DNA from: the human T2T-CHM13v2.0 reference genome, Homo sapiens
Assembly: GCF_009914755.1 (NCBI RefSeq)
Contig: NC_060929.1
DNA length: 64,000 nt
Reading direction: 5' to 3' (one strand)
This document shows, piece after piece, positions 51,069-64,000 of the stretch; the first letter of the stretch is position 1, and each line of letters starts with the position of its first letter. Position numbers and translations under genes: made by a program. A model generated the notes under the pieces. It did no database searches. It was not told the DNA's origin and saw only the letters and a program-made list of their open reading frames with translations.

Positions 51069-51651
51069 CAGTCTGCCAGCCATATCCGTAGGTTCTGCAT
51101 CCACAGGTTCAACCACAGATCAAAAATATTTTTTAAAAATAGGCCAGGTGCAATGGCTCATGCCTGTAATCCCAGCACTTTGGGAGGCCGAGGCAGGTGG
51201 ATCACCTTAGGTCGGGAGTTCAAGACCAGCCTGGTCAACATGGCAAAACCCTGTCTCTACTAATAATACAAAAATTAACTGGGCATGGTGGCGCATGCCT
51301 GTAATCCCAGCTACTTAGGAGGCTGGGACAGGAGAATCACTCGAACCCAGGGGGTGGAGGTTGGAGTGAGCCGAGATCACGCCACTGCACTCCAGCCTGG
51401 GTAACAGAGCAAGACTCCATCTTAAATAAATAAAAATAAAAAAATACAAGTAAAGGCAGCTATTTGTGTAGCTTTTACATTGTATTAGGTATTATATGTA
51501 ATCTAGAGATGACTTAAAGCATATGGGAAAAGGTGCATAGGTGATATGCCCATCATATACCATTTTATATAAGGGACTTGAGCATCCTCAGATTTTGGTA
51601 TCTGCATGGGCATCGTGGAACCAATCCTCTGAAGATATCGAGGGACGACTG
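51069..51651 (-). mobile_element. MER2 TcMar-Tigger DNA transposon, split by an Alu
   Basis: tatccgtaggttctgcatccacaggttcaacc ... acattgtattaggtattat...ttatataagggacttgagcatcc...ggaaccaatcc...gagggacgactg|TA. Confidence 0.9.
51142..51445 (+). mobile_element. Alu (AluSx/Sp-like)
   Basis: full dimeric Alu with (A)nT tail inside MER2. Confidence 0.96.
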
Positions 51652-51799
51652 TACTTAAAAGTGAATATGTGAGAAAATAACCCTTCCGATTCTTTAAAGG
51701 AAGGAAAGGAGATGGCTCTTATACATCTTAACTATTCACATTAAGAAGTAAGTATGTGCTGGAGGGGAGAGGGATTAATATCTGGCCAGGATGGTGCTA

Positions 51800-51937
51800 T
51801 CGACCCCAGCTGCACTTGAAAATCATCTAGGGAAGCTGTGAAAAATACCACTCCCTGGGGTTCCTCCACCCAATTACATCTGAATCTCTGGGGTGGGCTC
51901 AGCATTGGTATATTTTTAAAGCTCAGAGAACCACTGG
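51800..51937. mobile_element. MER5A-like fragment
   Basis: gctgcacttgaaaatcatctaggg...caattacatctgaatctctggggtggg...ggtatatttttaaagctc...agaaccactgg. Confidence 0.75.
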
Positions 51938-54159
51938 CCTGGAAGATTCTCACTCACCTCCCTTTGTTTATGTGACCTATGACTGAAAGTGTAGGTGGGG
52001 AAATGCCCAAAATAGGGCAAGGAGAGCACTCTGGGAAAAGAAAGTGGGTGGGAAAGTGCTATTGCCTTTTTCTAGTCCTACAAACAGAAGGGCCTCGACC
52101 TAATCTGACCCGTACACAGTCCTACCAACTGGTTTGGGCCTCCCATTATCTCTTATTTTGTCATGAGGATCTCAAGGTTCTCAGATGCCAAGAATCAAGA
52201 GTCCAATTGTATTATGTGCATCCAAGCCTGCTGTAGTCATGGGACATGCCCTGTTTCCTCTCGGCATGTTTATCAAGCTGAGATGGCTGGCTCCAGACCC
52301 AGAGTTTTTTGCTGACCTTATACTCAGTGGCATTCATCCATTTATTTACTCTATAAATATATTCACTTACCTATTCTAGGTATAGGCAACTTATTTGGCA
52401 CCTGGCTTAACCTGTGTAGTGAAGTAACCAGATTCAAGGCCTCACACTGGAACCCTGTGGTTATGAGGCCACCTCACTCCTGAGCCTTGGTGATTGTTGC
52501 CATTGTCAGAGGCTGGCTCCTGGGGTGCAGCCTGCTTGCTGATGGGTAGTGACAAGCTCCCCAACACATCCATGCTCAAGCAGTGGAGGTTGCTAGTGAC
52601 CAACACCCTGTATCAGGTTAATACCAACCAGTGCCACCTAGGGATTAGAATCTTTACAAGTTAAAGTAACAGCTAGAAAGCTCCTCTTTGATGCTAACCC
52701 CTTTTTCTGGGCCATGATTTCAAAGGAAAGACATGATTTGGCATAATGTTTTGTCATTGAGTCTCTGTTGGACCATGCAGAATAGCTTTCTTCAGGCAAC
52801 TATTAACCATTTCTGTTGCTAAAGAGGTCTCCATCTGACAGACACAAAAAATAAATGAGGCTACATTTTGTAGCCTCTCAGAAGAAGAGCAATTCAAAAT
52901 ACTACCTTAGAGTGTGCCATAGGTAGATTATTTTATGCCCACAGATAATACTTACCTTTAAAAGTTTCTGGACCAAAGTTGCCTCAACTTTGTGGGAAAT
53001 TTCAAACTTTAATAACCATTCAGGTAATTATTTACTCACAGTAAATTCTGGCCCTAAGTATATAAGTATATGAGATTTTTAGCCTAGAACCTGGGAAAGG
53101 TAGGGTAGTCCTACTTTCCAAATAAACTGCACATAATTCTATCTTATAAAAATGACATTTGCTGAAAAGTTCATATGTTGCAAAGTCATTAAAGCCTTAC
53201 TTATTGGCATATTGTTTATTTCCTGCTCATTAACAAATCAAAAGTAAGAGGTAGAGCAGTGGATAGTTCTACTAGAATGTGCTGCCAGGTCCATTGGTTT
53301 TGAATAGCCCTAAATAATCTTCTGAATTGGGGCCAAGTGGGTGAATGTCCTAGCCCATCTCTGTTTTAATAACATGCAACCCTTTCTACAGGGGTGTTAA
53401 TGGCTACAGGAGTGTGATATTACTGATCGGAAAGATGATGCCTCTGTAGATTTTCCATACCTGAACTACTCACAGATAGAATGGAGGGGAAAGAAGGAAG
53501 AACAATCTGAAAGGCACTTGCAAAACCTTGGGAATCAAAGCAAGGCGGTAGGAAAGCCTTTACCCTGGACTAACGGCAGACATTTGCAAGTGGGGGGTTT
53601 TACTTGAAAGGAAGGCTGAACTTGATGACAGGTGGATAGTGTATGGGAGCAGAGAATGGCAACATCTTTGGAAACCCAAAGCAGAGGTTGGGGATTGGGG
53701 ACCTGCAGACAAAGGGTTGAAACAGAGAAGAGATAAATAATTGCCAAAGGAAAGGAAATGCTGAATGCAGACATTTCTTTAAAAAAATCAACAAAGATCA
53801 ATACACATGACTCAGGCAGGTGAAACCAAAAGAAGGATCTCCAAAAGAATGAGCAGGTAGATGTAGATTCTGGGGCAGCTGTTAAAACGGAATCAGTAAA
53901 GTTCATCTTGCCAAGCTGTAAAACTACTTGAACTGTGTGGGTTCTGGCCTGAATACAAGGTTTCTGTACAGACACAAGAGGACCTTCAGGTTGAAAGAAA
54001 ATGAAATTATAAATGGAGATCAGGCATATTTTTGGACATCAAATGGTTCTTACAAAATGGCATTTTGATTAGTTAAGTATAAATGAATCAAACACATGAA
54101 CAAAATTTCTCTTGAAACATGTACACATTTTTAAAGAACTTCTGTAAAGCTGTTGTGTA

Positions 54160-54783
54160 AAAAGTTTCTGTACAACAAAGGAAACTATCAACAAAATAAA
54201 AAGGCAGCCTGTGAATTGGGAGAAAATATTTGTGAAGCATATAGCTTGTAAGAGGTTAATATCCAAAATATGTAAGAAACTTACACAGCTCAACAGCAAG
54301 AAAAACCCCCGAATAACCCTATTTTTAAACATGAGCAAAGGACCTGAATAGGTATTTCTCCAAAGAAGGCATAAAAATGGCCAAAAGGTATGTGGAAAGG
54401 TGCTCAGCATCACTAATTATCAGAGAAATACAAATCAAAACTGCAGTGAGATATCATCTCATATCTGTAAGGATGGCTTTATCAAAAACACAAGAAATAG
54501 CAAGTGTTGATGAGGATGTGGAGAGAAGGGAAACCCTAGTACACTGTTGGTGGAGATGTAGGTTGGTGTAGCTGTTGTGGCAAATAGTATGCAGGTTCCT
54601 AAAAAAATTAATAGAACTACCATATGACCCAGCAATTCTTCTGGGTACATACCCAAAGGAAATGAAATCACCACCAAATAAAGATACCTGCACTCCCATG
54701 TTCACTGCAGCACTATTCACAATAGCCAAGAAATGGAAGCAACCTAAGTGTCCATCGATGGATGAATGGATAAAAAAAATTCT

Positions 54784-54852
<69 letters not shown>

Positions 54853-55365
54853 CAGAGAGAGAATATTTTTCAGCCTTTAAAAAGGAGATCTTGCCATTTG
54901 CAATAACATGGATGAAACTACAGGACATTATGCCAAGTGAAGTAAGCTAGACCCAAAACAAAAAAAATACTGTATGATGTCACTCATATATGGAATCTTA
55001 AGCCACTAAAGGCATAGAAACAAGGAGTGAAACAGGAGTTACCAGAGTTGAAGGGAAATGGGAACATGTAGATCAAAATGTGCAAAGTGGCAGTTATGAA
55101 AGGTAAATGAATCTAGAGATTTAATGTACAGCATGAAGGTTACAGTTAATAATATTGTATTGTAGTCTTGGAATTTGCCAAGAGAGTAGATTTTAGGTAC
55201 TTACCACAAATAACAACAGAAAAAAGAAAGATAACTATATGAGATGATAGGTGTGTTGATTTGCTTGACTGTAGTAATCGCTACAGTCTTATAAGTATAC
55301 TTATATCAAAGCACATTGTACACCTTAAATATATATAACAAATACTTTTACAAATGAAAAAGAAA
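54160..55365 (+). mobile_element. L1MA-family (about L1MA6-9) ORF2 end and 3' UTR
   Basis: frames [15 protein letters not shown] and [12 protein letters not shown]...[29 protein letters not shown]; 3' UTR tagagatttaatgtacagcatg...gagagtagatttta...cacattgtacaccttaaatata. Confidence 0.93.
54786..54862. repeat. (TG)n(GA)n compound microsatellite inside L1
   Basis: direct; about (GT)23 then (GA)n. Confidence 0.96.
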
Positions 55366-56007
55366 TAAGTGAAAGTGCTCATATAATACATTTGGAAATC
55401 TGATAAATGGATGAGGTGGAAAACGGAGTTTGAGATGTTCTGCTCAACCCAAATGACTAGTTGGGATCTCACAGTCCTCCCTTGTTATTTTCATGGTAGG
55501 ATTTCTATCCTGTCTCTGTGTCCAGTTTTGGTGTCTCCTCTTAACTAAATGACTCCAACGTCAGTCTGAAAAGTTCCCCAAAACCTTTCATTATAGGTGT
55601 CTACTAAAAATACTATTTCTTAATCTGAGATTAGAACAAGTGCATTGCCTTAATCGGTGCCCATTTAATATCTAAAAATGTGTAGCTTTCCTTGTATCTC
55701 TTGGAAACAGCACCTTTGATAAACTGCTCTTGTCCAATCCTTCTGTGACATATTAATTACGTGAATGTCTTTGAGTCATGCTTCTGATGGCAGAGACAGA
55801 GATGCCCAAGAACCTGAGAGCTGCACATCTCAGCCTGCTGCTGAGAAGGGGGTGCCGAGACTTAGTGTTCATTTTCCCCAAATGCCATGTGAAATTTCTG
55901 GTCCTGGTGATCTGGGCAGAACTAGGGACTTTAAATATCAAGCACCCCTTTTGCTACTGTACACTGAGTCCTGAGGGGAAAACAACACTTCACCAAAAGT
56001 TCTTAGA

Positions 56008-56262
56008 CAAGTGCCATCCAATAGAAATATGAGTCACAAATGTGAGCTATATTTTCTAGTAGCAAGTGAAATGAATTTTAGTAGTATATTTTGTTTAACA
56101 TAATATGTCAAATATTACCATTTCAACATTTAAGTGATAGTAAACATTTATCCTGAGATTTTACATTTTTAAGTTGGTACTAAGTCTTTGAAATCCTGTG
56201 TATATTTTACAGTTAGAGCCCCACATTTCGACTTCCCATTATCCATATATTGAACAGCCTAG
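56008..56262. mobile_element. MER33-like hAT-Charlie element
   Basis: tccaatagaaatat...gtgaaatgaattttagtagtatattttgtttaac...tactaagtctttgaaatcctgtgtatattttacagttagagc...atattgaacagc. Confidence 0.8.
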
Positions 56263-56384
56263 CCCTGGACCTAGATTTTAACACTGGCCTTGAGGTTGCA
56301 TCACTGATGATGAGAGAAAGAATAAGATGTTGAATTAAAGAGAATGATGAAGCTGGGGAAAGAGGAATCCATCTCTTTAAAAGG

Positions 56385-56555
56385 AGTGTTACTCAGAGTG
56401 AAATCTATGAACCTCATGTGTCAAAATCACCCGAGAGGTATGTTAAAAATGCATAATTCTGTGTTTGACCCTACCTCTACCTAATTATAACCTCTGAGGT
56501 TGGGACTTAGGAATCTGAGTTTTCTAGGATAATTCTCTTGCACACTCACCACTCT
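56385..56555. mobile_element. MER5 (MER5B-like) MITE
   Basis: aaaatcacccgagagg...gttaaaaatgcataattct...aacctctgaggttgggacttaggaatctg. Confidence 0.65.
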
Positions 56556-56579
56556 AATGTCTAGAAGAGAAATCATGAA

Positions 56580-57162
56580 CATGGGCCATTTGCTATTCAC
56601 AGAGTAGCTGTATTTTCTTCATCCTTAATGGGGTTTTTAAATGTTTGAGTTGCTGTTTTAAAATCAGGATCATACACACACACTTTTAAATCAGCTCAAA
56701 AAAGTCAGAAAATCTATAAAGCTAGTGCCTGCATTTCCCACATGGCAACAATGGGCTAGAGGTGAGCAGTTGGGCATTCTCTAGATAGAACAAGAGCTGA
56801 CCAGTTTGTGATGGGCCCAACCTGGCCCACTTCACTCCTCCATATTGCAGGCTAGCTGCCATAGACTGTTCCAAATATTTTAAACATTTTTACAGGAATT
56901 TTAGATTTACAGAAAAATTGCAAAGATAATTCAGATATTTCCCATATACTCTTTACTCAGCTCCCCTAATGTTAACATCTTACATAGCCATAGTGTATTT
57001 GCCAAAACTAAGCAATTAACACCAGTATAATACTATTAACTAAACTACAGACTTTATTCTGATTTTACCATTTCTACCTTAAAAGCACCTTTTCTATTCT
57101 AGCATCCAATCTAAGATTCCATGTTGCATTTAGCTCCGTAGCCTTTTGAGTTTGATTGCTGG
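56580..57162 (+). mobile_element. MER102-like element interrupted by an L1M fragment
   Basis: cctgcatttcccacatggcaacaatgggctagaggtgagcag...cctggcccacttcactc...[insert]...gtagccttttgagtttg. Confidence 0.7.
56875..57133 (-). mobile_element. L1M 3' end (L1MB8/L1MC4-like)
   Basis: tttagatttacagaaaaattgcaaag...cccctaatgttaacatcttacatagcc...tactattaactaaactacagactttatt. Confidence 0.85.
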
Positions 57163-58402
57163 TGAAGAGCAGCAGACCTAAGCTGGCTACTTCATGTCCC
57201 TGCCTTTTTTTTTTTTTAACCTTCCCCAGGTCCTGTCAGGCTCATCAGGAGGAGGTGATTCCTCTCAAGCAGTATGCAACCCCAGACACACTTTAATTCA
57301 ACAGCTGCACTGGCTGTGCAATAATAGCTGCAGCTGCAAATTGAAGAACAGTCTTCACACATCCAGTGTGGACAGAACTCTTCATTACAGGGATCTTTTA
57401 GCACACCTGCACTCACTAATGGCAATGCCAGTAGCACCATCTTCTAATAAGTCAGACAGCATTATGATTTATCTATGAAGACTATTATATTACTATAGTG
57501 TTCAGATGGGACATGAGCTGCTGGATTTGCGGCCACACAACTTTGTATGCATGCGCTTTCTCCAAAGGACTACCTAACCCAATGGCTTTTTGGTACATGA
57601 AATGCTTAAATACATTGCATCTAAATCTCCCATCCCAAGAAGTGAAATTTAGACATATAGAACTTTCACTTTCCTTTCTGGCTCTGTTTAACATGTAAAT
57701 ATTCTTTCAGTCCATTAGGACTAAACCTCTTGAGAAAGTGCCTTTATTTCTTGGCCACCTTTCCTTGAGCAGAATTCCAATTTTGCAGTGCCTGGAACCA
57801 CTAACTAGAATATATGCTGATTTGCCTTAACTGCAAGAACAAATCCAATTAATAAGTCCACAAGGAATAGGGTTGGAACTGAGCCATTTTTCCAGGTGGA
57901 AACATCTTTCTGTTAGACATGCTTCTTGTACTATTCATCCCCGGTCCTCTGATTGTCCAGATAATCCACGGCCTGATTGGGGGGATTTGGAGTCTAATAA
58001 ATTCATCTTCACAAACTCTGGGGATCAATGACTGACATATTCAAAGACTTTTCTTTCTAATCTTTATTATTTCCAAGGCTGTCGCCCTCTGACTCTAACA
58101 CCTGAAATAATTTAATGAACAATTTAAAACAGAATCTTTTTGCATGTAGTGAAGTTCTGGAAAGGTTAGCTAGTTCAGAGAGCATAAAAGTGAAGGTTCA
58201 AATAAATCAAAATAACTCAAGAGGTTGGGTTTCTATGGTTGAGCCATAAAGTGTCTCCTATCTTAAGCATCTGATACTGCAAACATACACAGTCACTAAA
58301 CTTCCTGGATCACTGTCTAGCAGTTTCATCACTGTGTTTTCTTGTATCATAAAAAAGATGAGACTTCCTAAAAATGCATGCACTGTTTATAGACAACTCT
58401 TC

Positions 58403-58709
<307 letters not shown>

Positions 58710-60356
58710 TAGAAGACTCTCAGATTTTCAAAATCATTTCAAACTATCATTTCATTCTATTCTCTCAGTAGCCTTGGAGGAAATGATAAGATGTAGGGTA
58801 AGAATGATCATGATCTGTCAGATGGAGAAACTTCACTCTTATGAGACATCAACTTTCCTAATACATCTTCCCAGCAACAGGCTGGAAATAGAAAAACTGT
58901 CTCAAGACTTCTGTGCCCTATTTTCTCTAATGGTGCACCCACTGTGGGCTCCCAGGGCCTTTGTGAGTTCTCCCTTTTCCTGGCAAAATGCTTCACTTTT
59001 TGGGACATTTAAATGGGCACATTTAAAAGTGTTGCCCATCTTAACTGCCATTTGTGTCTTGCTGGAATTCAGAGCTTCAGAATGAAGCTCCCACTGTAGG
59101 ATTCACAGCCAGCCAGTAAGTAGAAGAGGAAATGGGGAGAACAAAGTCTTCTGACTCCACTGAAATCACGTTGGTGGGGGCTTTTGGTTTCTTTTTCTTT
59201 TTGTTTGTTGTTTTTGATTGTGTTTTGAGTTTGGGAACAACAGAAAGGGCTTCTCTTCAATGCAAGGCATCAGGATAATGCTGGCCTGGGGCAGACATAC
59301 TGATTTTCTATCTTTTAGAACTGGATTCCGGTGGGCTCAACTTCTAAAACCAGAGTCAGTGACAAGTCTTGATTAATAAAGTTCTTAGATTTGTGAAATA
59401 AAGAAAACTGATTATCCAAGGAATTTGTCAATTCCAAGTTAGCATTTGCCTTTGTTTTATTGCTAGCTGGACAAAGTCATTATGCTACTGGCAAAATAAC
59501 TAAATAAAATCATTTTTAAATTATCTGATAGAATGAAAAGTTAGTGGTACTACCCTGATCCCAAAAATATGCTTCCTAAGCCAAATAGTCAAACAGTATT
59601 GAAATTAAAAGAGAAAGAGGAAGAAAGTGCCAGAACTTGAATATATTTTCTGTCACATTTAACTCATTATTAGAGGAATCCTCCAATGTCTGCTTGGCTT
59701 CCTCTCCCTAAGGGTTTCCCACGGGTCCTCAATTTCCCAACACCTCCCAGCACCTGGGGTCCCACTTACCCCTCCTTTTCCCAGCAGTGTCCTAGGGACC
59801 TTGAGAGTAGAGCTAGTACCATGCATTTAATCCAGAAGCTAGTGACCCTCATGTGGTTTGCATGTGTTCATAATGACATGCTCTGAGTGTGTCAGCCAGT
59901 ACCATCTGGGGTGCCTGGAGCAGTGTCTGGGAGCCTGTGACAACTCAATCTCAGGCCAGAGGATGGGAAAACATATTGGATGATTGCAATTCCCTTTTAG
60001 GCCGGGAGACTCTCTGGCATTAAGATGTCCACATCTGCTAAACCCATTACAAAGTCTCTGTTCTTCATGAGTATTACAATAAGAATAGCCATTAATCTGG
60101 CTAAATCACGGTTCCTTTCTGGCATGATCCAATCTGTTCCTAAAAACATGTTGGGGTGTGTTAGTCTCTAGTTACAGCTCCTGGCCAGTCTTCTGGCTGC
60201 TTATGCTGGAAGAGTCGAGCCAGGCCACTTGGTACTGAATTGACAGTCCCTGAAAAAGGCCAAGACCTGATGTCACCCTGGGGACTATTTGCTGGGGAAA
60301 AGTACATGTATCCAGAACTCAACGCATCTGGCCCTCACAGCACTTAATCTCTGTAT

Positions 60357-60500
60357 CAGTGCTTCTCAGTCTTTAGAATGTGTAAAAATTACCTGGAGAA
60401 TTTGTTAAAACACCATTCATGAGCCCAAGCCCATGGATTCAGATTCAGTGGGGTCTGGAGAGGGGCCTGGGAATTTGGTGACCGTACTTTAAGTAGCATT
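60357..60500. mobile_element. MER5A-like MITE
   Basis: cagtgcttctca...aattacctggagaatttgttaaaa...gattcagtggggtctggagaggggcctgggaattt. Confidence 0.78.
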
Positions 60501-60507
60501 TTTCTAT

Positions 60508-60662
60508 CCTGTTGCAATGCAAAGTGTGGTCCTCATCCCAACAGCATTGCCATCACCTGGGAATCTCTTGGAACTATAAGTACTAGGACCCCACTTAGAC
60601 CCATTAAATCTGAATCTATATCTTAACAGGCATTCTTTGCACTTTAAAGATTGAGGCACACA
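60508..60662. mobile_element. MER5-like MITE in opposite orientation to its neighbour
   Basis: caaagtgtggtcc...cagcattgccatcacctggga...ccccacttagacccattaaatctgaatct...taaagattgaggcacac. Confidence 0.72.
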
Positions 60663-60789
60663 AATCTATATCACTCATTCACTGTCTAAAACAGAGCAGC
60701 AAATCATGGACTTGGAGGGACCCTTAGGAGTTCAAGTGCTTTAGGTCATTGCCTACAAAATGATACGTTATTAATTCTATATTGCTTTT

Positions 60790-60932
60790 TATTAACTTTC
60801 TATGGATATCTGTGTCTTTCACCTAAATTGTAATAACCTCAAAAGGCAGTGGCCACGTCTTAAAATTCTTGCACAAAATATCCTGCATATAGTAGGCACA
60901 TATCAAATATTCATTGGTTGATTGGTTGGTTG
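60790..60932 (+). mobile_element. L2 3' end
   Basis: ctaaattgtaataacctc...ggcagtggccacgtctt...gcatatagtaggcacatatcaaatattcattggttgattg. Confidence 0.72.
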
Positions 60933-61304
60933 TGAAAATATTCCAAAAATATCTCATAAAATGAAGGGATGGTCCCTGTTTCATTCATAAAGAAAGGTGT
61001 ATCACCAGTTGTGGTCTGTGCTTATTTTTAAATTTACAAAACACTGTTTTAAATTTACAAATTTACAAAGCAGAAAGCTGGGGAATAATCTAAAATTGCA
61101 GCATCTGAACTCTCATTGGCATAGTCCCCCTGTTCTGAGAGTTTGTTCCTCATTGTTTTATAAGGAAGTTATCAACGGTAAATAAGGACTATACTAGGCT
61201 GGGAAGCTATTGTTCCTTTCCATCTCGTTCAGTGCTGTATTTGGAAAGTTTTGCTTTAAGGAATGATGAAAGTAATCATGGGGAGAGGGGAATAAAACCT
61301 TCAA

Positions 61305-61720
61305 CAGGAAATGGATCATATCAGGCCTTGAAACCACTGTGGGAAGCTGGTATTCTTCTCTAAGAGCACAACAAGGCCCTGATAGATCTCAAGCAGGGGG
61401 AGTCATTATCTGATTCAGACTCAGGATATATGTTGTTGTTGTTGTTGTTGTTTTAATCCATAGGCTTCACTCATTAACTGGATGTAGGATAGGGCTGGGT
61501 GAGCAGGGGCTGAGAAATAGAACTTGAGAATAATTTCTTGATTTTTGGAAGATTATAGTGCTATTGCCAAGGTTGGGAAGGTAAAAGCAATATTGGGGGT
61601 GGAATCAAATGTTATGTGTCAGATGCCATGAGACATGTACATAAAGAGGTGGGCTTGGCAGTTAGATACCAAAATCTGGAGATGAAGGAAAATCATGGCT
61701 AGAATTTGAATTCTGTAGCC
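61305..61720 (-). mobile_element. L2 fragment(s) with internal (GTT)n at 61432-61452
   Basis: ggatcatatcaggccttgaaaccactgtggg...aagcagggggagtcattatctgatt...ggcagttagatacc...tctggagatgaagg. Confidence 0.65.
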
Positions 61721-61945
61721 TCTCAGATGCCATGTTGTCCTCAACTTTAAGTTGCAGGCAAAGGGCCATTTGTTTCTAGTGACATTGAGCCATTTTCAAT
61801 ATTATGTTCAGTATTCTGTGGAAATACCAAAGCTCTGCATTTCTGAAGAGCCATGAAGTTGATAGTCCCATTGCTTGGGAGTTGCTAAGAAGTGAACAGA
61901 AATGGACTCTGAGCATACAAGGTTCTTGGATCCTAGCTATTCTTA

Positions 61946-62269
<324 letters not shown>

Positions 62270-63086
62270 TAGGTTTAGCCCTCGTAAGTGTGATTATTCA
62301 CTGCCCCAGACCAAAGCAAAGGAGAATTATTTTGCTTAACTGTGGCTTGTTTGCTGTTTGACTCTCCCGCCAGCAGGTATGCTCCATGCGAGTAGGCCCT
62401 CTGTACTGTGGTCTCCATCTAATTGTCTTTTCTGTATATAGAAGCAAGCCCTGCCACACAGTGAATGCTCACAACGTACTCCCTGAATAAAAGGCTGAGG
62501 GTGGGAAATGGTTCCTAGAGACAAACACAAGATAGTCACAAGTAAAAACCTGACATTTAGGGAAGAATTAGAAAAGTTGTAAAGGCTCAATAAATCTAAG
62601 GCCCTGAGACCATTTACTTAGGAATTTTCCCAGTGCAGCTCATAACTCAACAGGCCCTGATGTCATTGTTTATCTGTAGCACAATAAAATTATTCATGCT
62701 CACGGTGAGGACTCTGAGTCACCAAAAAGAAGATAAAATATGTTTAGTCACTAGATGTAAAAATGGCAAGAAATACAAAATCACATCTTTAAAATCATTT
62801 CATCTAAAGTGGTCAAGATGAATATTTTGGACCTGAAGTCTTAGGATAATCCTAGAACACATACATGGAAAATCTCATCACCCATCGATGCTATCTGCAC
62901 AAATGAGGCAAAACTGCATTATTCTTCACAAATGATTACTGTCTGCAATCTACAGTCAGTTTCATTTTGTGATGAGTATATGCTTCTAATTACCTATAAT
63001 ATTCATCTGAACATTACCAGAATTTTTTTCTGGAAGAATTACAGACTCTTGTTACATGCTAACTAGGACATTTTCCTGCCGTACAG

Positions 63087-63160
63087 AGTTACCTCTGCAA
63101 ACAGAATGCTGAAAGTATCTGCCAGATAGTAAACAAACGTGAAACACCACATGAGGACAG
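63087..63160 (+). other. candidate internal exon (74 nt) of an unidentified transcript
   Basis: branch-point TGCTAAC 63057-63063, ttttcctgccgtacAG acceptor, CAG|GTAAGC donor. Confidence 0.35.
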
Positions 63161-63229
63161 GTAAGCAAAGGAATGAAAGCCACGTGTGTGATTATCTTCT
63201 GGAAATCCTGTTGGCAGTGGACTGATTCT

Positions 63230-63335
63230 CAGAACCCTCTGGAGCAGAGGCTGTGTTCACGTAGATGCTCCCAGCATGGGAGCAATACCATGTATGCTGT
63301 ACCTATCATAGGTGTTCAATAAGCATGTTTTTGAG
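63230..63335 (+). mobile_element. L2 3' end fragment
   Basis: ctctggagcagaggctgtgttc...cctatcataggtgttcaataagcatg. Confidence 0.55.
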
Positions 63336-64000
63336 AAAAGAGCATATATATTTCTTTCCCATTTCCCTTGGAAGGGTGAAGATTATAGTTGGAGTCTCAG
63401 ACAGCTCCAGTCTTGTGAGCCTTATTGTATTTAAGGGATCAGAGTGGGTATTTAAAGGAGGTTATCTCTGAAGAAACTACTTAAAACTTTACCGGACATT
63501 ATGGAAAGGTGTGTGATGAGTTTTGGAAGATTGTCTAAACTCCCAGGGTAGCACACAACTGAAATATGTTGAGTCTTCTTGAAAGATAGCATTTGTTCAC
63601 TATGTTCTTTTCCTTCATTGCATTAATCACACACATGCACATACAACGCACACTTCCTTGTTTATTGGCTGTCATCTCTATTTGAACCTAAATTCCCTGG
63701 GGGCTGGGACCATGTCTTCTCCATGAATATGGGAGCTGTATACAGGCGCTGTGAGGTGAGATATGTATGGGTTTGAGGAGGAGTTGTTTATTTCTGTTGA
63801 TCTGACCTCATGACAGTATTTGTAAGATAATTTGTATGTTTTTGATTCAGTAACAGCAAAAGCCATGTTTGTATATTACAGGGCAATTACACGACATTGG
63901 GATGTATTTTGACCACATCCCTGCCAGGCTGGCTTTTAGGTGCAAGCACCATCTAAAAACATGCATAATGTGCAGTTTAGAATGACTAGTTCTCTAGCCA

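Noticed and set aside
51950-53470. Several strong minus-strand donors (GTGAGT/GTAAGT near 51955, 52368, 52953; also 1190, 59765)
   Set aside because: No convincing matched acceptors at exon-like distances; single donors occur by chance every few kb
53535-53975. Longest ORF (146 aa, minus)
   Set aside because: F/L/S-rich composition reflects antisense of purine-rich DNA; GTG start; no homology recognised
54069-54928. Cluster of ORFs up to 114 aa
   Set aside because: Frameshifted L1MA ORF2 remnants plus microsatellite translation

Overview
About 64 kb of primate (most likely human) nuclear DNA of moderate GC content (roughly 40% by eye), intergenic or deep-intronic in character. I recognise no protein-coding gene, tRNA, rRNA or CRISPR array. 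The ORF track is explained by chance and by repeat-derived frames (L1 ORF2 C-terminus, Alu). The window is a mosaic of mammalian interspersed repeats: 7 Alu-family copies, L1PA/L1MA/L1ME fragments, L2, MIR, MaLR/ERVL LTRs, and the DNA transposons MER2, MER5, MER6A, MER33, MER45 and MER102, plus microsatellites. Several insertions are nested and some retain target-site duplications (TSDs). The most notable non-routine signals are: (i) a CpG-rich promoter-like module (TATA/MEF2, GC box, two ETS sites) lying inside an ancient L2 at about 38.85-39.19 kb; (ii) a second CpG-enriched motif cluster at 40.8-41.4 kb; (iii) a CpG-enriched unique region at 25.3-25.9 kb with a perfect RFX palindrome; (iv) several well-formed candidate + strand exons that might belong to an unannotated lncRNA. 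Repeat subfamily names come from recalled consensus sequences, not from a database search, and repeat boundaries are approximate. I found nothing I can defend as a new biological system.
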